NCBI RefSeq assembly: GCF_009914755.1
Contig: NC_060934.1
DNA: 64,000 bases
Source of the DNA: the human T2T-CHM13v2.0 reference genome, Homo sapiens
Strand: one strand, 5' to 3'
In this document: in pieces, positions 15,780 to 30,698 of the stretch
Layout of the letters: every line of letters starts with the position of its first letter
How positions within the stretch are numbered: the first letter of the stretch is position 1
The notes under the pieces: generated by a model
What the model was told of the DNA's origin: nothing
Seen by the model: only the letters and a program-made list of their open reading frames with translations
The model's database searches: none
Position numbers and translations under genes: made by a program

Positions 15780-17079
15780 TTACACCCATTAGGAAAATTT
15801 AATGAAAACTAAACACCACGGAGAAGGTAGAAGGGAATTAAAATAAAAATTTATAGAAGTATAAAAGACGGAGATGTGGTTTTACTTCTATTTGCTTGAT
15901 TAAAAAAACAAGAAAATTTGTCAGGAGAAGCAGACTTTTTCTTGGTACTAAATTTTAAAAGGAATGTATTATGTGGATCACTGTTTAAGAGACTTGGAGC
16001 AATTCTTCTCTGAATTATGGTTGTCGCCATGGGCTTTTAGCAATAGCAAGAGTGGAGATTTCAAGCTTGGCAAGATTTCTTTGGCAAATGCCTGGTGGGC
16101 AGAGCCTCTGCTGCTGATTGAAGGGACATCTTAATTTGTCAGACACCAGACACACAGGTAGCAAAGCTGATGTTTCTTTGTGAAGGATGAGGAACCCTAG
16201 CCGAATACTTTCTTGCTTTGGAAGCCCTTGTCATTCTAGTGTGGAACAGGGCTGGGGGACATTGACTTTGGATCTGCCTCTTTAGTTAAAACCCCACTGT
16301 TCCATGCCATAGATCATGGAAGAGATGACTTGGCCCTGGAAAATGTTAACGGTAAGCATTGCCAGTTGGCCAGCTTAATCATGAAAGAATCTCGCCATGA
16401 TTCCTGCGGAACGTTTGATCCTGAGCACTGCTGCCTTCCTGTGCTGGGAATTAGCTACACAATGTGCCATCAAGTAACCCAACTAGCCACTGGGGTGGAG
16501 TTATTGAATTTCTTGAATTCAGACAATGAAGATGGTACAACCTAAAACCAGACTTTTGATCCTAGTATTGTTTTTGGTTAAGCTGTCCTTTTTGATGGTA
16601 GACATCAGGTCCATTTTTCTCTTAAAACCATTTTGTGTTTACCATAGTAAAATTATGTTTCTAATCCATCTAAAAGCTGCATGAAATTATTGAGATATGG
16701 AGGAAAAAGGCGGCTAGAAGAAGCCTCATCTCACACCACTGGGGGTTATAATTGGAACTGTGAGACAAAGCATTCCTGCCTTTTCAGATGGTTAGTGGTG
16801 TTATGGGCAGGTTTTGAAGGCCATCAGTAGCTGACAGTCCATACCAGGACACACGATTTGACCCATAGACAATTTCTGTCCATGAAATCAGATGCTTATA
16901 ATAGATAGTTAACAAGAAGACTTAGTTTTTTGGCATTGCTGCTGGTGGTGGTGGTAGAAGGTGAAACAGAGGACATGCTGGCTGTGAGTGGAAGTACTAT
17001 GCTTTAGTATTTTATGTGCAAGATAAAAACATTAACATACCTCCTTCTTGTAAAACTCTTCTGTTCACTAGGGGCTTTC

Positions 17080-17290
17080 ACATACATACAGCAAAGATTT
17101 TGATTTTCACAGCAACCTTGTGAAGTACAGAGGGCAGTGAGATTATCTTTGCTTTACATATTATGAAACTGAGATGAAACTCTGAGAAGTTAATGAATAA
17201 ATCATGATCACACAGAAAATAAGTAGGAAACTTGGGGTTTAGACTTGGATTTTCTGACTCCAAATCTAATGTTCTTTTTATGGTATCCAA
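17080..17290 (-). mobile_element. MIR
   Basis: cacagcaaccttgtgaagt...atgaaactgag...tctgactccaaatctaatgttcttt. Confidence 0.7.
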
Positions 17291-18549
17291 ACTGCAGTTC
17301 ATTTCAAAGAAAGCTGATGTAGAGTTTGGATGAATTGAAAAGTAACAGATATTTTCTGTTAAAAAATATCCACCTAAATATTAAATGACAAATCATTATG
17401 CCATATTCAAATTCTAGAATTTGTTCAGATTGAACAAAAATGATGAATGTAATTAAAGTATCTTACTGAATAAAATCACTGTAATTAGATGTTGATCTAT
17501 CTTGTGATGGAAGAAATATTTGTTAAGATGCACTTAAGTCCTTGGAAACAATGAAGAGCTGTAGAGATGAGTTCTAAAACTTCTGCTCAAATACAAAAGC
17601 TGGTCAGTTCTTTCTGCCCCAGCAAACATGGTACCCAGTGATTTGATCTCAGGCAACATGTGCACAGGGACTTGGTGGTCATAAACGATGTGGAAATAAG
17701 TTTCTGGTGACCTAGTAGGTTAGATTCTTTGTGCCCTTTATTCCAAGGGATGTCTAATGATATCACTGAAGTTCAACAACCAGCAAAACTGTGCCCCAAA
17801 GAGATTAAGTATGCTCTGCTCCTGAAGACATGTCGAGACACGCCTGTGCAGATGTGTGACGAGCTGAGAGAATAAAACCTCTGCCCCCTTACCAGAGGTT
17901 CCCCTTTTCTTCATGACTTCATTTGTATATCATCTGTGATCTCAACTGGTGTGAAAAGACCCAGGAACTTGGGTTGTTGTTGATTCCACTCTCAGGCTCA
18001 CAGAAGAGCTTTCTCCCTGGCTCTTCTCTTCTCACCCTCCCTCCCCCTGCTGAGAAGAGCTGTCACTATTTCAGTAACTACAAGCAACAGATCGTTTTAG
18101 ACTTTAATCCATAAATAAACATTTCTTCCTTTGAACTTCATTAAATTTGGATGTGCTTTCATTTTGACACAATCTGGCATCCCTATCATTTAGACATATA
18201 AAACTATAAAACTAGCAATTAATTTTGGTCTTTAGGAGTACTGGTGGTCTAGAAACAGTGAGTCTATGCCAAGAAAAGCAAATGAAAACCTCAAACATGT
18301 AGACATAACACTTAAATCATAAAATCACAAAGCATTATGCTCAGTAGCTACAGGAGATTATCTTTGAATTGTTCCTGGTGGTGTCTGTCACATTTCTCAG
18401 CTTGTTTAAAGAATTTTGAAGATGGGAATTCTGTTTCCTTAAACATTATTCATCTGACTACAATAATTGTCTGATGAAAACCTAAAAATTAAGTCATGAT
18501 TTGATTGATTATGAAGATATTGATGGCATTTACCAGCAAATATCCTTTC

Positions 18550-19900
18550 ATTAATTGCAAATATATTCAAGATCTGAGTGCTTATTGGATGCAAAGCACT
18601 GTGCTAGATACTGGAAGGAGGGGATGTCGTTTTTTTCTTTCAAAGAGCATATGAACTCATGAAGATGACACTTAACAAAAAGCAATTATCTCTTGACTCT
18701 AAAAGCCAGACACCTAGACATGGTGTGACTTCCAAAGCCAGGTCATAAAAGGCATCTCAGCTTTGGCCTTGGTGTTTTTTTGGATTCCTCACTCTGGAGT
18801 GGGAGGGGAAAGGAGGTAGCCAGCCAGCCTTCTGCTCAGAGAACTCTCCAGCAGCCCTCTGGGGAGGCCCACGTGGGAAGCACAGAGGCTCCTGCCAACA
18901 GCCAGCACTGACTTGCCAGCCAGCGGGGTGTGTGAGCTACCTCGGAAGCGGCTCCTCCAGCCCTAGTGGCGTCTCCAGGTCCCTGCGGCCCTGGCTGACA
19001 TCTGTTGCAACCTCAAGAGTCACTGGGCCAGAACCACCACCAGACAAGCAGCTCCTGAGCTCCCGACACACAGACGCTGGGAGAGGTCATGAGTGATTAT
19101 GTTTGTTCTCAGCAGCCCAGTTTGGGGGCGATTTGTTACACAATAGATAAGGAATACACTGACAACCCAGCATGTGTCAGATGCTGTGCTGGGGATTCAA
19201 GAGGATGAGGCAGATCGGCAACATCTGTGACCTCCCAGAACTTATAACTGATCAAGGAGGTAATCAGCTATGAATAAATACAATGAGGCCGTACATAAGA
19301 TTTTGACCAATAGTTAAGCCTGGATATGAGACATTTCCAATGAGCTGCAGTTATAATCTACAGGAGTCGGGAGATGATGAAGATGACCACTTGACTTGGG
19401 GAGTTGGGAAGCATCCTCTGGGAGGAGAGAGGTCAAGTGGGCTTTGAAGGGGGTATATGATGTGGATGGGCGAAACACAAAAGGAAGGGTGTTCCCGAAA
19501 AGGAAGAAAAACAATCAAAGGCATCAAGGTGGGCATTGCCACCCCTGCTTGGGGTGTGGCAAGAGAATCTGTTGGGACACAATGACAGTGGGGCGTGAAA
19601 AAGCATCAGGTCATGAACTTGAAGACAGAGTTGGCTGCCTGCCTGAGGTCAGACTTGATCCCTAGGCAACAGAAATCATCAGAGATTTTTGAGTTGATTT
19701 GTGGCATTTTAAATAAGAATTTAAAATGGGTTTATGATTTCCATTAGTGTTTATTGACCACCTACTAACGAGTCTACCACTCTATGAGGTATTGAGGGGT
19801 GACCAAGTTAATAACAAGCTTCCCCTGCCCTCAGGGAATGTATAGTCACACTAGGGACAAAAAACATACACAAACGAACAACAGAGAGCATTATATCATA
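18550..19900 (-). mobile_element. L2 fragments interrupted by MLT1F
   Basis: ctgagtgcttattggatgcaaagcactgtgctagatactgg; tttattgaccacctacta...ccctgccctcaggga. Confidence 0.55.
18700..19158 (+). mobile_element. MLT1F-type LTR (ERVL-MaLR)
   Basis: ggtcataaaagg, gaggcccacgtgg, ctcctgccaacagccagc, terminal atttgttacacaatagataaggaataca. Confidence 0.85.
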
Positions 19901-19944
19901 AAATAAGAAGGCAGCAGTTAGTCATTTAGATGATCAATGTAGTC

Positions 19945-20205
19945 GATAATAATAGCAAAGGCTTATATTGTGCTTGCTGGGTACCAAGGACTATTCCAAG
20001 TCTTTACATATGTTAATTCAATTAATACAGCACCTACATGAAGTAGGCTATCTCTGCGACTAGAGATGAGTAGGTTAGTATCTCTATCTTACAGATGAGG
20101 AAACAGGGACACAGAGAGTTTAAGTAACTGCAACAACCAGTCAGTAAATGAAAGGTGTAAACCCACACAGTCTGGCTCTGGAGGCTATGGTGATCCACCA
20201 TGTTA
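19945..20205 (-). mobile_element. MIR
   Basis: ttacagatgaggaaacagggacacagagagtttaagtaact core. Confidence 0.8.
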
Positions 20206-20399
20206 TGCTGCTTCTCAGATAATCGTTTAGACTTCCCAAGGCCTTGAATAAATCAACTCTTTTCATCCTCATTCACTTGCTTAATTTGTACTCAATATAT
20301 TATTAATTGTTAGTTATGATCTAGCGTAAGGATGCAGACATAGCGTCAACATTGCTGAACTTTGGTTTCACTGCCTGGTGCTGATAAAATGCTACTGTA

Positions 20400-20695
20400 G
20401 GCCGGGCATGGTGGTTCATGCCTGTAATCCCAGCACTTTGGGAGGCTTAGGCAGGAGGATTCCTTGAGCTCAGGAGTTTTAGACCAGCCTGGGCAACACA
20501 GTGAGACCCTGTCTCTACAAAAAATTAAAAAATTAGCCAGGTGTGGTGGTGCATGTCTACAGTCCCAGGTACTCAGGAAGCTGATGTGAGAGGATTGCCT
20601 GAGCCCTGGAGGTCAAGGCTGCAATGAGCTATGGTTCTGCCACTGCACTCCAGCTTGGGTAACAGAGACCCTGCCTCAAAAAAAAAAAAAGAAAG
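20400..20695 (+). mobile_element. AluJ
   Basis: Perfect 14-bp TSD aaaatgctactgta (20386-20399, 20696-20709). Confidence 0.96.
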
Positions 20696-21816
20696 AAAAT
20701 GCTACTGTAATGGTTTTGAAATACACTAGAAATTGACTTAAGCAGGCTACCTATTTTAGTGACATATGGTACACCTATACTTCCATAATTAATGTTAACA
20801 AACACTGAGTATTGTGATGTTATTTATTGCATGATAACGTTCACAGCAGGTATAGAATTCACACGGTGCAGTGGAAGGAGCCCAGACCTGATGGGTTCTA
20901 GTCCCAGCTCTGTCACTCGTTGACTGTGCGAGCCTAGGAGTGCTGCCGTCCTTGCCCCAGCTTCTGCATGGCAAAGCTCCCCTTACCTGTTGTTCCCAGG
21001 CCCTAGATGAGTAAGACAGCAATGTGGAAGTCCCAAGAAAACCAAGACCCTTGGCTTGGAGCTTACTATAAGTTCCCTCTTTGGAGGCGTCAAAGGACAG
21101 TACATGTGAAAACAATGAGCTGAGTAAATATCAGCGACACATAAACCATTGGGTGTTATACAAGGGTAAGGTCATATTATTTTTATTTTTCTTGGTTGTA
21201 TCTCACAACAATTCTCTGAAGAAGGCCCAAAGTTTCCAGAAGGAACTGGGAAAGTTCTGGAATACAACAGTAGGGCTTGTCTGGTGTTTTCTTTCCACCA
21301 CCTTGTTTTGAAAGCAGAAGTACTGGAAATATTGCATAAAAACCCAGGCTGGCTGGATATCAAGACCTATTTCTAGACCAGAGTGGTTTGGATCAGGTTG
21401 AATAAGATTCTGAACGTTTGGATGTGGAGACAAAACCAAACTCAGCAAACTGAGAAATGGCAAACAAACCGAACATTTTCAAATTATGGAATGGTTTAGG
21501 GGCTACGGGCAAATGTCCATGGGTACCAAGGATGCAATTATCAAGCTTGTTTTTAGCCCATGTCCAAAGATTCAGTTTTTGTTTTCCATTGCTCTCCTCT
21601 GAAGTGCAATTCCTGCTTGCCTGGCAGCAATCGTAATTAAAAGGCCAACTTATTTTTGTGAGTTTCCACTTAAAATTTTGCTGAAAAATGATTATGTTAG
21701 CATTTCTGCTCACTTCCTAATAATTCTTATATATTCAAAAGTTAAAACAATTAAGAAGTTATTAATGATTAATTATTATATATCATTATAATAACATGTG
21801 AATTAATGAATGATTC

Positions 21817-22179
21817 TGCATTAGTCATTTTCATGCTGCTGATAAAGACATACCTGAGATGGGGCAATTTACAAAAGAAAGAGATTTAATGAACTCACAG
21901 TTCCATGTGGCTGAAGAGGTCTCAAAATCATGGTGGAAGGTGAAAAGCACATCTCACATGGTGGCACAAAAGAGAAGAGAATGAGAGTCAATCAAAAGTG
22001 ATTTCCTCTTATAAAACCATCAGCTCTCGTGAGACTTATTCACTACCATGAGAACAGTAGGGGGGAAACGGCCCCCATGATTCAATTATCTCCCACCAGG
22101 CCTCTCCCACAACACGTGGGGATTGTGGGAGCTACAATGCAAGATGAGATTTGGGTGGGGACACAGCCAAACCATATCA
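21817..22179 (-). mobile_element. THE1A/B solo LTR
   Basis: 363 bp; ends gggacacagccaaaccatatca; TSD gattc/cattc. Confidence 0.95.
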
Positions 22180-22508
22180 CATTCCAATAGAGTAATTACA
22201 ATCACATGTAATGTAATTATCTCATAGAAGTCTTATTGAATATCTATTATGTACCAGATATAGGCCAAACACTGAGGATAGAGGTGAATAGGATAGGACC
22301 TGGACCTTGGCCTCAGGGGGTTACAACTGTAATAGGGGATGCAGCCAATGGCAGCGCAGCCTAAAGCATGAGGTCTCAGATGTGGCTGAGAACCCTCCCC
22401 ACGATGGGGTATTGGAGGCCAATTATTTAGCATCAATGATGAGGCAAAGGCTGCTCAATATAGATTTTCTATGCTCTTCCCAATCCTTGCACTGTCACAC
22501 TGTGTGGA

Positions 22509-22897
22509 TGTATTAGTCCATTCTCACATTGCTAGGAAGAAATACCTGAGACTGGGTAACTTATAAAGAAAAGTACCTTAATTGGCTCATGGTTCTGCAG
22601 GCTGTACAGGAAGCATGGCGGCTTCTGCTTCTGAGGAGGCCTCAGGAAACTTACAATCATGACAGAAAGTGAAGGGGAAAACAGATGCATCTTACATGGC
22701 TGGAGCAAGAAACGTGGGGAGGCGCTACATATTTTTAAACAACCAGATCTCACAAGAACTCACCCGCTGTTGGGACATAGTACCAAGGGGAAAATCCGCC
22801 CTTATGATCCAGTCACCTCCCACCAGGCCCCACCTCCAACACTGGGGATTACAATTTGACATGACATTTGGTGGAGACACAGATCTAAACCACATCA
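22509..22897 (-). mobile_element. MSTA-like solo LTR
   Basis: tgtattagtccattctcacattgct...aaaccacatca; TSD gtgga/gtgta; MIR core follows. Confidence 0.92.
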
Positions 22898-24779
22898 GTG
22901 TATCTGACAGATGAGGAAACTGAGGATCATGAAATAAGTGGCAACACTGGGACTGAGTCCAAGTGCATCTGTCTCCACTGTTTCCCACTTGCCATGTTTC
23001 CAGTATGTGCATCTGCCCACTGCTTCCTTTCAACCTGAAAACCACACAAAAAGCTGGCATACCCAATTGGAAGACCCATAAGGGGCTAAGGAAGATGTAT
23101 TAATTCTTTTTGCACACAGCGAGGTACTTGGGGAGGGCAGGAAGGCGGAGGCAGTGGGGAGTTTTCCATTTCTCCCTGGCAGGAGAAGCCTCTGATTCCT
23201 GGAGCTGCTGGTGCCTATGTAGGCAGAGCAGCGGCTTCAGTGGCCACCTCTGTCCTGCTCTGGGAGCTCGCAGGAGAGTACCACATTACACAGTCCCATG
23301 CATTTTTAATGACTTGGACTTGAAAAGTAGTTTCAGAAAGTGAGCAAAACACCGAGTTAATTGAGCGCTGCTGCTCAGCTTCCTTCCCCCAATGTAGTCT
23401 TCAAGTGGAATATGGCTGAAATATCAGCTGTCAGATGATGAATATTTTAAAGAAAATTCTATTATGCACCCAAGGTTCATTCAGCTTAGTAATAAGAGTA
23501 ATGAGGACAGTTACCTTTAGGGAAAGGAAGTGAGATCACTCTTGCTGCTTACTGGGGGCTGGTTTGACAGGCATCTGCTCTGAGCATGGGACTATGTCTA
23601 GGGAAATCACAGCTGCTTGTCTGAACCTCACCCGGTAGGAAAAACTCTACCTCACAATGGTTTGGAAGCCTATCTGTGGCAGAGAGCTGGCTGCAAACTA
23701 TTTCTGTTCCCTTGGCTAATGGTTGAGGTAGAATCCATCACCTAATGAATATTCAATAGGTGAAGTTGAAAAAAAAAAAAAAAAGGAGAGAAAATGATTC
23801 CATCTCTGCTCTCCTGCAAAGCTCTCTGTGGTCCAAGCAAAAAGAAATCACAAAGGCAAGAGAGGACAAACCAGAAACATCCCTTTCCTCTTCAATACGC
23901 ATGGATGCTGGGAAAAGGCTGACCCTGGGAAAGGCAAAAGGAAAAGAAATCAATTTTCAAATTATTTCAGAGAAGTAGCCAGAAAAAAAGAGTGTCACCT
24001 TGAACTTGAGAGAATATTAAAAGTGAGCAAGGCGGATTCCCATTATTGCAGCTGCCTCTGGTAGGATATAGGCTGTTGGGCTTTTTCCTTGAGTTTGAAA
24101 TGCAAGTTTGGGCACAAAAGGGAGAAAAAGAATAAGATGATGCTGCCATAGAATAGGCAGCCTCGACAGGGACTGTCAGAGCTCAGCAATGCTGGTTGTG
24201 CTACCTGGTAAATAGCACATGGCAAATTTTTACAGAGCAGAAAAAGAGAGAACAGTTCTTTCTCCACAGGCCACGTTATGAAGCCAGTTTTGCTAGTTGT
24301 GTAACTATTGCTTGTCAAGCCGAAATGGAAATACTTGGTATTTTAGTCTGTGCTGTTCCAGCAGGATTGGATGTGGCGACAGCGACTGTAACCAAGCCCA
24401 GACAAAAGGCACCATCTGCTCCTCTCGTCGTCCTTCCTGCACTCCCACTCCCATGCCAGTTCTCTCATCCCCCATGCCGTGCTCATGGTACATGGCTCCC
24501 TGGCTGTCCCCATCTTGTCCCTGGTTGTTACGGCAGTGCCTCACACTTCTGCATTGTGATGTTTTGCTTGGTGTGAAAACCGCATTAGAAGGAAATGAGA
24601 AGTCAGGCATCCCTTGTGGAAGAGTATGGAACACTCTTTATAATAAATGCCACCATGGATACCATGTCCTCTAGGTACCTAGTATTTATCAAGCATATTA
24701 CAGATTTTTTAATCCTCGCTGGGACCCAATGGCATATGTGTCATTTTTTTTTTGTTTTTTGTTTTTTGGTGTTTTTTTT

Positions 24780-24915
24780 TTTCATTTTACAACAAGGTAA
24801 ACGTGGATCAGAGAGAGGTTATGTGGTTTGGTGAAAATCACATAGCTTTAAATAATTTAAACGGAGCAGCTAGGGCTTGAACTCAGACCTGTCACCCACA
24901 GTCCATGCTTTCATT
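24780..24915 (-). mobile_element. MIR fragment
   Basis: cattttacaacaaggtaaac...cagagaggtt...gggcttgaactcag. Confidence 0.6.
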
Positions 24916-25779
24916 TTCTACCTCCAGGAGGACATGGGGGTGGGATAAGGTAGACTGGCCCTAGGGCTGGGGGGCTCTTGGTGGGACTTCTCTCCACATT
25001 CCCTGGGCTGTCAGGGAGGTGAGAAGTCGCCTTTACTCTTCTGTCTGGTATGTTGCTTCCTGGTCATGGGTGGTCATAACCTAGGCCCAGGCAACTGTTT
25101 GTGGAATCCCAGGTGGCCAAGCCCACACAGCGGACGGGAAAGGGGTAGTGTATGAAGAATTTCTAGCATAAAATCGACACCCACCAGAGACAGGGTTGTA
25201 AGTAAGGATGGCCAGGAGCCTTGGGTAGGTCCTAGCCTGCAAAAGCTGAAATGAAGCTGGGTGGTGGGAAAAGACACACATTTGGTTCCAAAGTCTGATT
25301 AAGGCAATCTAATATTAGAAGCACACAAGTCTGGTTTTTACCTAAAAATACTTAATAGAGTTTTCCTAGCCCCATAAAAAGGTTTTGGGCTTGTGATACA
25401 ATGAAATAATGCCTAATGGAAAGAGTGAGTGACTCAACTATGAAGAGTAAAATGCTCTTTTCTGCTATCATGACCCTCCTTACGCTGATCAGTTTCTGTT
25501 GGTGCTGCTTCCAGAAGCAGAACATTCTAGACTGTTGGAATATTAATAGTAATGACTGGTACTGTGTAGCCGCTACAGGCAGACACATCATATATATTAT
25601 TTCCACTTAAGACATAAAACAATCCTAAAAATAACGACTATTTCCTCTGTTTGTGGAAGATAAACTGAAGCTCTGAAATTTTGACCACTTTCTCCAGATA
25701 CCACAGCTGGTAAGCAACAGGAGGGGGAGTTTGAACTCAGACCTGCTTACAAAGCCTGGATTTCTGCTAGTCCTCTCAT

Positions 25780-25836
25780 TTTCCTTCCTTCCTTCCTTCC
25801 TTCCTTCCTTCCTTCCTTTCTTTCTTTCTTTCTTTT

Positions 25837-25896
<60 letters not shown>

Positions 25897-26078
25897 TTTC
25901 TTTCTCTCTTTTTGTTTCTTTCTTTCTTTTTCTTTGTTTCTTTCTTTCTTTTTCTTTTTCTTCTTTCTTTCTTTCTCTTTTCTTTCTTTCTCTTTTCTTT
26001 CTTTTTTTTCTTCTCTCTCTCTTTCTCTCTTTGTTTCTTTCTCTTTCTTCTTGCTCTTCCTCTCTCTCTCTCTTTTTT
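25780..26078 (+). repeat. (TTCC)n/(TTTC)n polypyrimidine tract (expanded Alu tail)
   Basis: About 300 nt nearly purine-free, abutting an antisense Alu arm. Confidence 0.95.
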
Positions 26079-26243
<165 letters not shown>

Positions 26244-27629
26244 TGATAGGCATTTGGGTTGATTTCTTTATTACACCAAGGAGTGCTGCTTTGAAGCATT
26301 CTTTATTATTTTCATCTACGTGTAAAGGGGCAATGCCATCTAGGGAAACACTTTATAAGTTGAATCTGTGTTCACCATGATCAGGTTCTCCCTACATCCC
26401 CCATTGCCTCACAAGGCGCCCAAGCTCCCCTCCCCGAGCTGGGGCAAGGGACCTACATTAGTCATCACTAGGGGCGGGGGTTTCCATGCCACAAGACGGC
26501 TTTCTCCTTTGACTCCTTCGGATGTGCTCCCTGTCTTGTGCTGGCAGACTTCATCTTCTCTCTCATCTGGAGACCCCAGGGCTCCTCTCCAGGGTTCTTC
26601 CTCTGCATGGCCTTCTGTTCACCTCCAGTCTCGTCCTGGAGGGGACACCTAGTCTAGCAACATGGTGCAGAGGATCTTGCCTGGAATGAGGTTGCATTTC
26701 CCCTCTTGTCCTCTCATGTGTTGGGAAGGGAAAAATAGACCCTGGGGTGCAGAGAAGGAAGAGAGAAGAGGTGGGAAGGAAACACACTGATAACAACCGA
26801 ATGGCTCTTTCCAGGTGACCTGTGTTGAAGGGAGCCTAAGCTTTTAGTCATTCTCAAGTCAGGGATCTAGCTAAGGACTGTTGGGTTTGAATGCATTTAA
26901 TTTAGAGGCCCTTCTAAAGACCAAGACCACAAAACTATGACTAGAAAATTAAGTGCAGAGCCCGAGAAGAGGTCCATATTAGGGAGAGGCTTTGAAATGT
27001 CATCGGCTTCACATTGAATTTGCCTCTCTGCATGGTGTGTAGCTTAATTTTAGTCAAGAGCCACCTAAGATGTTGGAGGTGGTGAGGGATGGCTGTTCTT
27101 TGATACCCTCACTATGGGGCTGTAATGAGCAGACATTCCTAAGGACATTTTTTAGCCAAATATTCATCCTAAGCAGGCACAACACAGTTTATACAACCTG
27201 TTCTACCATTCAATGACACCCCAGCTCCTGGTCTTTTAGGTGATTCAAGCATACAGCATCTGTCAGGGTGATCCTGGCAGCACCCGCGAGGTCACATTCT
27301 GTGCCTTCTAGGTGGCTTCAAGCAGTCTGACTACACTGTGCTCTGCCCAGGGATCAGACTTAGAGTGCTGTCCTTGGGGTACCCAGAACTGGCCGAATGC
27401 TCTTCTATGCCTGGTTCATGTAAGGCTGGGGAGCGATGACAAATAACTTTAGTGAATCCACATGCTCTGAATACATTTCATTTCACCAATGAAAGTCATT
27501 TTCTAATATTAATTATGCTACTTGAAAGTCACTTGCTTCACCAGTGAAAACACGTTTTCAACATCCAATATGTTCATTTGCAAAACATTTAAAAATTTTT
27601 TTATAAATGCATGTATTTATTGTTATTTT

Positions 27630-28450
<821 letters not shown>

Positions 28451-28517
28451 CGACTTGTAAAATGTGAATTTTTGATGGTGATAATGATAACAGATGAACT
28501 TATATTTGTTGCCCCAG

Positions 28518-28899
28518 TGTATTAGTCTGTTTTCACATTGCTCTACAGAACTACCTGAGACTGGGTAATTTATGAAGAAAAGAGGTTTAATTGACTCACA
28601 GTTCTGAAGGCTTAATAGGAAGCATGACTAGGAGATCTCAGGAAACTTACAATCATGGCGGGAGGCATAGGGGAAACAAGCACATCTTACCACGTCAGAG
28701 CAGGAGAGACAGTGAAGGGGAAAGTGCCACACACTTTCAAACAACCAGGTCTCGTGAGAACTCACTCATTATCACAAGAACAGCAAGGGGGAAGTCAGCC
28801 CCCATGATTAAATCACCTCCTACCAGGCCCCTCCCCCAACACATGTGGATTATAATTCGAGATGAGATTTCAGTGGGGACACAGAGCCAATGCACATCA
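28518..28899 (-). mobile_element. MSTA-like solo LTR
   Basis: tgtattagtc...cacatca; perfect TSD cccag. Confidence 0.93.
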
Positions 28900-29448
28900 C
28901 CCAGTGTGTGGCCCTTACTGATTAAGTACTGCTGACCGCCTCTGGGCTGGGCATTCTAGAGAGCAGGTGAGAGCTGATTATCCCTAGAATGCAGGCATAA
29001 ACTCATTGCCCTTACATAACATCCCAGCCATTGTACTGAGATATTACAGGTGTAACTCACAGCCAGATGACGACCTGACAGATCAGGAAGCTCTTCAACA
29101 ATAGAGATCAAGTCTAGTATTTCTTTGTTTTTTGTTTTTTGTTTTTTTTTTTTTTGCTTCGGGACCGTTACTCAGTTAAATGTGTCAGAGAGGTAAGAAA
29201 GAGATCTGACTCAGATGGAAAATTCAAATTCTAGTATTGTGTCTTTTCTTTCTCATACAGGGGATTCTTGCACAAGCTGACCATTTCCTTATCCTTGCAA
29301 CTGCAAAAGTCTCCTACTGAATGAACTGAATGAAGGAGGATTTGTGTGGAATAACACAGCTGAACAGCTGAAAGCTCCTGTTCATCTGCCTTGTATGGGT
29401 ATTATCATTTACTGGTGGGTGGTTTTCTGAGAGAGATGGGACTTCTTA

Positions 29449-29768
29449 TTTTAATTAAATAAATAAATTAATTAATTATTTTAAGTAGAGACAGAGTCTC
29501 GCTCTGTCACCCAGGCTAGAGTTCAGTGATGCCGTCATCGTTAATGGCAGCATTGAACTCCTGGGCTAGAGCTGTCATCCCACCTCAGCCTCCTGAATAC
29601 CTGGGACTACAGAGCATGCCACCATGCCCAGCAAATTTTTCAACTTTTGTAGAAATGGGGTCTTGCTGTGTTGCCCAGCCTGTTCTCAAACACCTGGCTT
29701 CAAGTGATCCTCTTGCCTTGGCCTCCCACAGTGTTGGGATTATAGGCATGAGCCACCACCCCTGGCCA
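29449..29768 (-). mobile_element. AluJ
   Basis: Diverged antisense dimer. Confidence 0.9.
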
Positions 29769-30037
29769 GGACCTCCTGGCTTCAGGATTTGCATCCAGCT
29801 GCTGCTGTCCCCCAAACACCTGGGCTATTCCTTCACATAGTGAAAAGTGGAGCATAGGCTATTCCTTGGTCACTTTGCTGCTGCAGAAATCCTCACCCTG
29901 TTCTCTTTTAAGTCTCTCTTCTTTCTCAGGTCTGATCACGCAATTTGATTAGGGGTAGGGGAGGGGAGGAGAGCAAAAGGAAATAGGAGGTCAAGGAAGC
30001 AAACGAAGTTTCCTTTCCTCTTTGAATTTTGAGATGA

Positions 30038-30698
<661 letters not shown>

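Noticed and set aside
15552-15812. Cys/Val-rich ORFs here and at 10383-11085; Lys/Glu/Arg/Phe-rich ORFs at 3062-3367, 25625-26128 and 52352-52696
   Set aside because: Translations of simple repeats, not genes
24196-24674. Overlapping 109-126 aa ORFs in unique sequence
   Set aside because: No recognisable homology or convincing splice or start context; consistent with chance in GC-richer DNA
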